A stretch of DNA of 64,000 nucleotides from the NCBI GenBank assembly GCA_964291605.2, contig OZ219745.1:1250664-1314663 (forward strand), written 5' to 3'. Of this stretch, positions 61,404-64,000 are shown one piece after another. This stretch comes from Vicinamibacterales bacterium (GTDB lineage Bacteria; Acidobacteriota; Vicinamibacteria; Vicinamibacterales; UBA8438). The stretch's first letter is position 1; every line of letters begins with the position of its first letter. Below the pieces are notes generated by a model, which had not been told where the DNA came from, did no database searches, and worked only from the letters and a program-made list of their open reading frames with translations. The position numbers and the translations under genes were made by a program.

Positions 61404-62654
61404 GTGACCTCCCCACGGCTCGGCATCGGCTTCATCGGCAGCGGCTTCATCACCCGCTTTCACATCCGCTCGCTGGTGGGCGTGCGGGATGCCGACGTGC
61501 GCGGTTGCTGGAGTCCGAACGCGGGGCATGCCGAGTCTGCGGCGGCGCTGGCGCGCGAGCTGGACGTCGGAGAGGCTCGCGCGTTTCCTTCAATCGAAGC
61601 GATGGTTGTCGACCCGGCGGTCGATGCCGTCTGGCTGTGCGGACCGAACCACGCACGGGTCGTGAACCTGGAAGCGATCTGCGCCGCCGTGAAGGCCGGC
61701 GCGGCACTGCGGGGCGTGGCCTGCGAGAAGCCGCTGGCGCGCACCGTGGCCGAGGCGAGGCGGATGCGCGCGCTCGTCGAGCAGGCGGGCCTGCCGCACG
61801 GCTACCTGGAAAACCAGATCTTCGCGCCGCCGGTGACCCGCGGCCGGGAGCTGATCTGGCGCCGCGGCGCCGCCCTGACCGGCCGGCCGTACCTGGCCCG
61901 CGCCGCCGAGGAGCACTCCGGGCCCCACAGCCCGTGGTTCTGGCGCGGTGACCTGCAGGGGGGCGGCGTGCTGAACGACATGGCGTGCCACTCGGTCGAG
62001 GTGGTGCGGCACCTGCTGACGGCGCCCGGGGCGCCCCGCGACTCCATCCGGCCACGGCGCGTGACCGGCCGGATTGCATCGCTGAAGTGGAGCCGCCCGG
62101 AGTACGTCGACCGGCTGCGGCGGACGATGGGAGCCGCCGTCGACTACGCGGCACGTCCCGCGGAGGATTTCGCCCGCGTCACCATCGAGTACGAGGCGGA
62201 CGACGGCACGCCGCTGATCGGAGAAGCCAGCACGTCGTGGAGCTACGTCGGGGCCGGGCTGCGGCTGAGCATGGAGCTGCTCGGTCCCGAGTACTCGCTG
62301 GCCGTCAACTCGCTCGACAGCGGCGTGAAGCTCTTCTTCAGCCGGGAAGTGCGCGGTGCGGCGGGCGAGGACCTGGTCGAGAAGCAGAACGCCGAGGTCG
62401 GATCGATGCCGGTCGTCGTTGACGAAACGGCCGAGTACGGCTATACGGCGGAGAACCGGCACATGGTCCGGGCGTTCCTGCGGGGGGAGACGCCGGGCCT
62501 GACCTTCGACGACGGGGTCGAGGTGGTCGAGTTGCTGATGACCGCCTACATGAGCGCCGAACAGGGCCGGACGCTGTCGTTCCGGCCCGAGGGGCTCGAC
62601 GCGTTCGTGCCGGCGGTGGCGCGGGGCGCCTGGACGGGACAGGGCAGGCGGTGA
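61404..62654 (+). CDS. Gfo/Idh/MocA-family NAD(P)-dependent oxidoreductase
   Basis: LGIGFIGSGFITRFH Rossmann start. EKPLARTVAEA motif. C-terminal alpha/beta dimerisation domain. Confidence 0.85.
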   Translation: MTSPRLGIGFIGSGFITRFHIRSLVGVRDADVRGCWSPNAGHAESAAALARELDVGEARAFPSIEAMVVDPAVDAVWLCGPNHARVVNLEAICAAVKAGAALRGVACEKPLARTVAEARRMRALVEQAGLPHGYLENQIFAPPVTRGRELIWRRGAALTGRPYLARAAEEHSGPHSPWFWRGDLQGGGVLNDMACHSVEVVRHLLTAPGAPRDSIRPRRVTGRIASLKWSRPEYVDRLRRTMGAAVDYAARPAEDFARVTIEYEADDGTPLIGEASTSWSYVGAGLRLSMELLGPEYSLAVNSLDSGVKLFFSREVRGAAGEDLVEKQNAEVGSMPVVVDETAEYGYTAENRHMVRAFLRGETPGLTFDDGVEVVELLMTAYMSAEQGRTLSFRPEGLDAFVPAVARGAWTGQGRR

Positions 62655-62815
62655 TGCGGTTGGACCGTCGGGACGGGGGTGGACCCATGCAGATCATCAC
62701 GCGTTGCAGTCCGGCCGGTGTTTCGGGAGCCCGCAAGCGCGGCGCCGCAGTCGAGCGGCCCGCGCTGCGCGGTTCCTCGATCGAACACACCCCATATGCA
62801 TCCTCGACCAGCGCT

Positions 62816-64000
62816 GTGCGGGCGCCGGGATGGGTTCGGCACTGCTCGAAGCTCCTTCCCGGGCTGCTCGTGTTCGTCATTGCCGCTTCGGGATGCATGC
62901 ACGGCGACGACCGTGGCATGTCGCTCGGTCCGGACGAGTTCATCGCCGCCGCAGAGTTGCCGGACGACCTCCGTCTCGAGCTGGCCGCCGAGGAACCCGC
63001 CGTCGTCGATCCGGTAGCGGTCGCGTTCGATGCCGACGGCCGGATGTTCGTGGTCGAGATGGGCGGCTACCCGACGCGGCCGGAAGGCTCGCCGCCGCTG
63101 GGCCGGGTCAAGCGGCTGGTGGACGAGGACCTCGACGGCTACTACGAGACCTGGACGCTGTTCGCCGACGGGCTGCCGTACCCGACGTCGGTCCTGCCGT
63201 GGCGCGACGGTGTGCTGGTGACCGCGCCGCCCGACATCCTGCACCTGCGCGACCCGGACGGCGACGGGGTGGCCGACACGCGCGACGCGCTGTTCACCGG
63301 CTTTCCGGTCGAGAACACGCAGCACAACATCAACGGGCTCACCTGGGGCATCGACAACTGGGTCTACGCCGCCAACGGCGGCAACCACGGCAGCGGTCAT
63401 CCGGCCGGCCGGCCCGAGGCGTCCGTCTCGATTCGCGGCACCGACTTCCGCTTCCGGCCCGACACCGGCTCGCTGGAGCCCTCGTTCGAGACCACCGGGG
63501 GGCACGGCATCGCCTTCGACGCGTGGGGCCGGATGTTCGGCACCCACAACGTCAACCACATCCAGCACATGGTTTTCCCGATCCGCCACCTGCGGGACAA
63601 CCCGGGGATGGTGCTGCCGACCACGCGCGACATGATCTCGGACCACGGCAGCTCGGCGCAGCTCTTCCAGGTGTCGAACGCCCAGACCCGCGTCAACAAT
63701 CCGGATCAGTCCGGGCACTTCTCGGGCGGCGCGGGCATCGGCTACTACGGCGGCGCCGCGCTGCCTGCGGCCTATCGGGGCAGCCTCTTCGTCAACGACG
63801 TGGTGGTCAACGTCGTCCACCAGGATGTGCTCACGCCCGACGGGCCCAGCTTCACGGCGAGCCGCCGGGCCGAGGGCGTCGAGCTGCTGGCCGGGCGCGA
63901 CAACTGGTTCCGGCCGGTCAGCGTGGTGACCGGACCCGAAGGTGCCCTCTACGTCGTCGACATGCACCGCGAGGTCATCGAGCACCCGGAGTGGATTCCG
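62816..64000 (+). CDS. lipoprotein of the PVC/Acidobacteria membrane-bound-dehydrogenase (DUF7133-like beta-propeller) family, 3'-truncated by the window end
   Basis: Not in the supplied ORF track because there is no stop before nt 64000. My translation of the frame with codons starting at 62816, 62819, etc.: (V)RAPGWVRHCSKLLPGLLVFVIAASGC (lipobox), LRLELAAEEPAVVDPVAVAFDADGRMFVVEMGGYP.., NGLTWGIDNWVY.., ALYVVDMHREVIEHPEWIP. The start is uncertain: GTG at 62816 or ATG at 62687. Confidence 0.7.
   Translation, partial: MRAPGWVRHCSKLLPGLLVFVIAASGCMHGDDRGMSLGPDEFIAAAELPDDLRLELAAEEPAVVDPVAVAFDADGRMFVVEMGGYPTRPEGSPPLGRVKRLVDEDLDGYYETWTLFADGLPYPTSVLPWRDGVLVTAPPDILHLRDPDGDGVADTRDALFTGFPVENTQHNINGLTWGIDNWVYAANGGNHGSGHPAGRPEASVSIRGTDFRFRPDTGSLEPSFETTGGHGIAFDAWGRMFGTHNVNHIQHMVFPIRHLRDNPGMVLPTTRDMISDHGSSAQLFQVSNAQTRVNNPDQSGHFSGGAGIGYYGGAALPAAYRGSLFVNDVVVNVVHQDVLTPDGPSFTASRRAEGVELLAGRDNWFRPVSVVTGPEGALYVVDMHREVIEHPEWIP

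Noticed and set aside
1-64000. A search for CRISPR arrays, tRNA/rRNA genes, integrases, transposases and phage structural genes.
   Set aside because: I saw no short regularly spaced repeats, no GGTTCGAATCC-type T-arm in a cloverleaf context, no rRNA-like conserved blocks and no recombinase motifs. The absence is by eye only; tRNAscan-SE or Infernal should confirm it.

Overview
The window is a very GC-rich bacterial chromosomal segment with about 65 protein genes. I found no rRNA, tRNA, CRISPR array, integrase or transposase. Gene content (CarboxypepD_reg-type secreted proteins, a PVC/Acidobacteria-type membrane-bound-dehydrogenase lipoprotein, many GT4 glycosyltransferases) suggests an Acidobacteriota-like soil bacterium; this is inference only.

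Gene order:
- a secreted/outer-membrane pair
- a PDZ-GAF-PAS histidine kinase with an NtrC-type sigma54 activator, preceded by a candidate -24/-12 promoter
- a five-gene minus-strand operon (leader protein plus four GT4 glycosyltransferases) chained by 4-nt start/stop overlaps
- two paralogous STAS genes flanking rpsU-purD-purE
- a four-gene plus-strand cluster: PAS-PP2C phosphatase, Tat-PhoX-like protein, Npt-like transporter-HEAT-2xcNMP giant, and a secreted PI3/4-kinase-like protein
- a complete arginine regulon, argC-B-D-(GNAT)-J-F divergent from argR-G-H, with AT-rich ARG-box-like repeats and an apparently frameshifted argR
- fabI, a deoxyhypusine-synthase-like gene, queC and queD
- an eroded defence-type islet: vapBC, AlbA_2 fragments, a methylase stub, a low-GC TIR/NDT-like orphan gene and a Uma2 nuclease
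- rtcB
- a porin / CuA-cupredoxin / di-haem DUF1111 / DtxR operon behind an AT-rich palindrome
- a CoA-transferase, an aminotransferase and a PQQ dehydrogenase
- a CysO-type sulfur-carrier cysteine operon (cysM-rhodanese, mec, cysO, moeZ)
- a second small toxin-antitoxin/remnant islet, a Gfo/Idh/MocA oxidoreductase and a 3'-truncated lipoprotein gene that the ORF track does not list

The candidates I consider most worth follow-up are:
- the low-GC orphan effector-like gene at 41523-42419 and its islet
- the PP2C/PhoX/transporter-cNMP/kinase-like cluster
- the mirrored GT4 operon
- the porin-CuA-dihaem-DtxR module
- a dispersed, structured intergenic repeat

All homology calls rest on motif recognition by eye. 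No database search was run.
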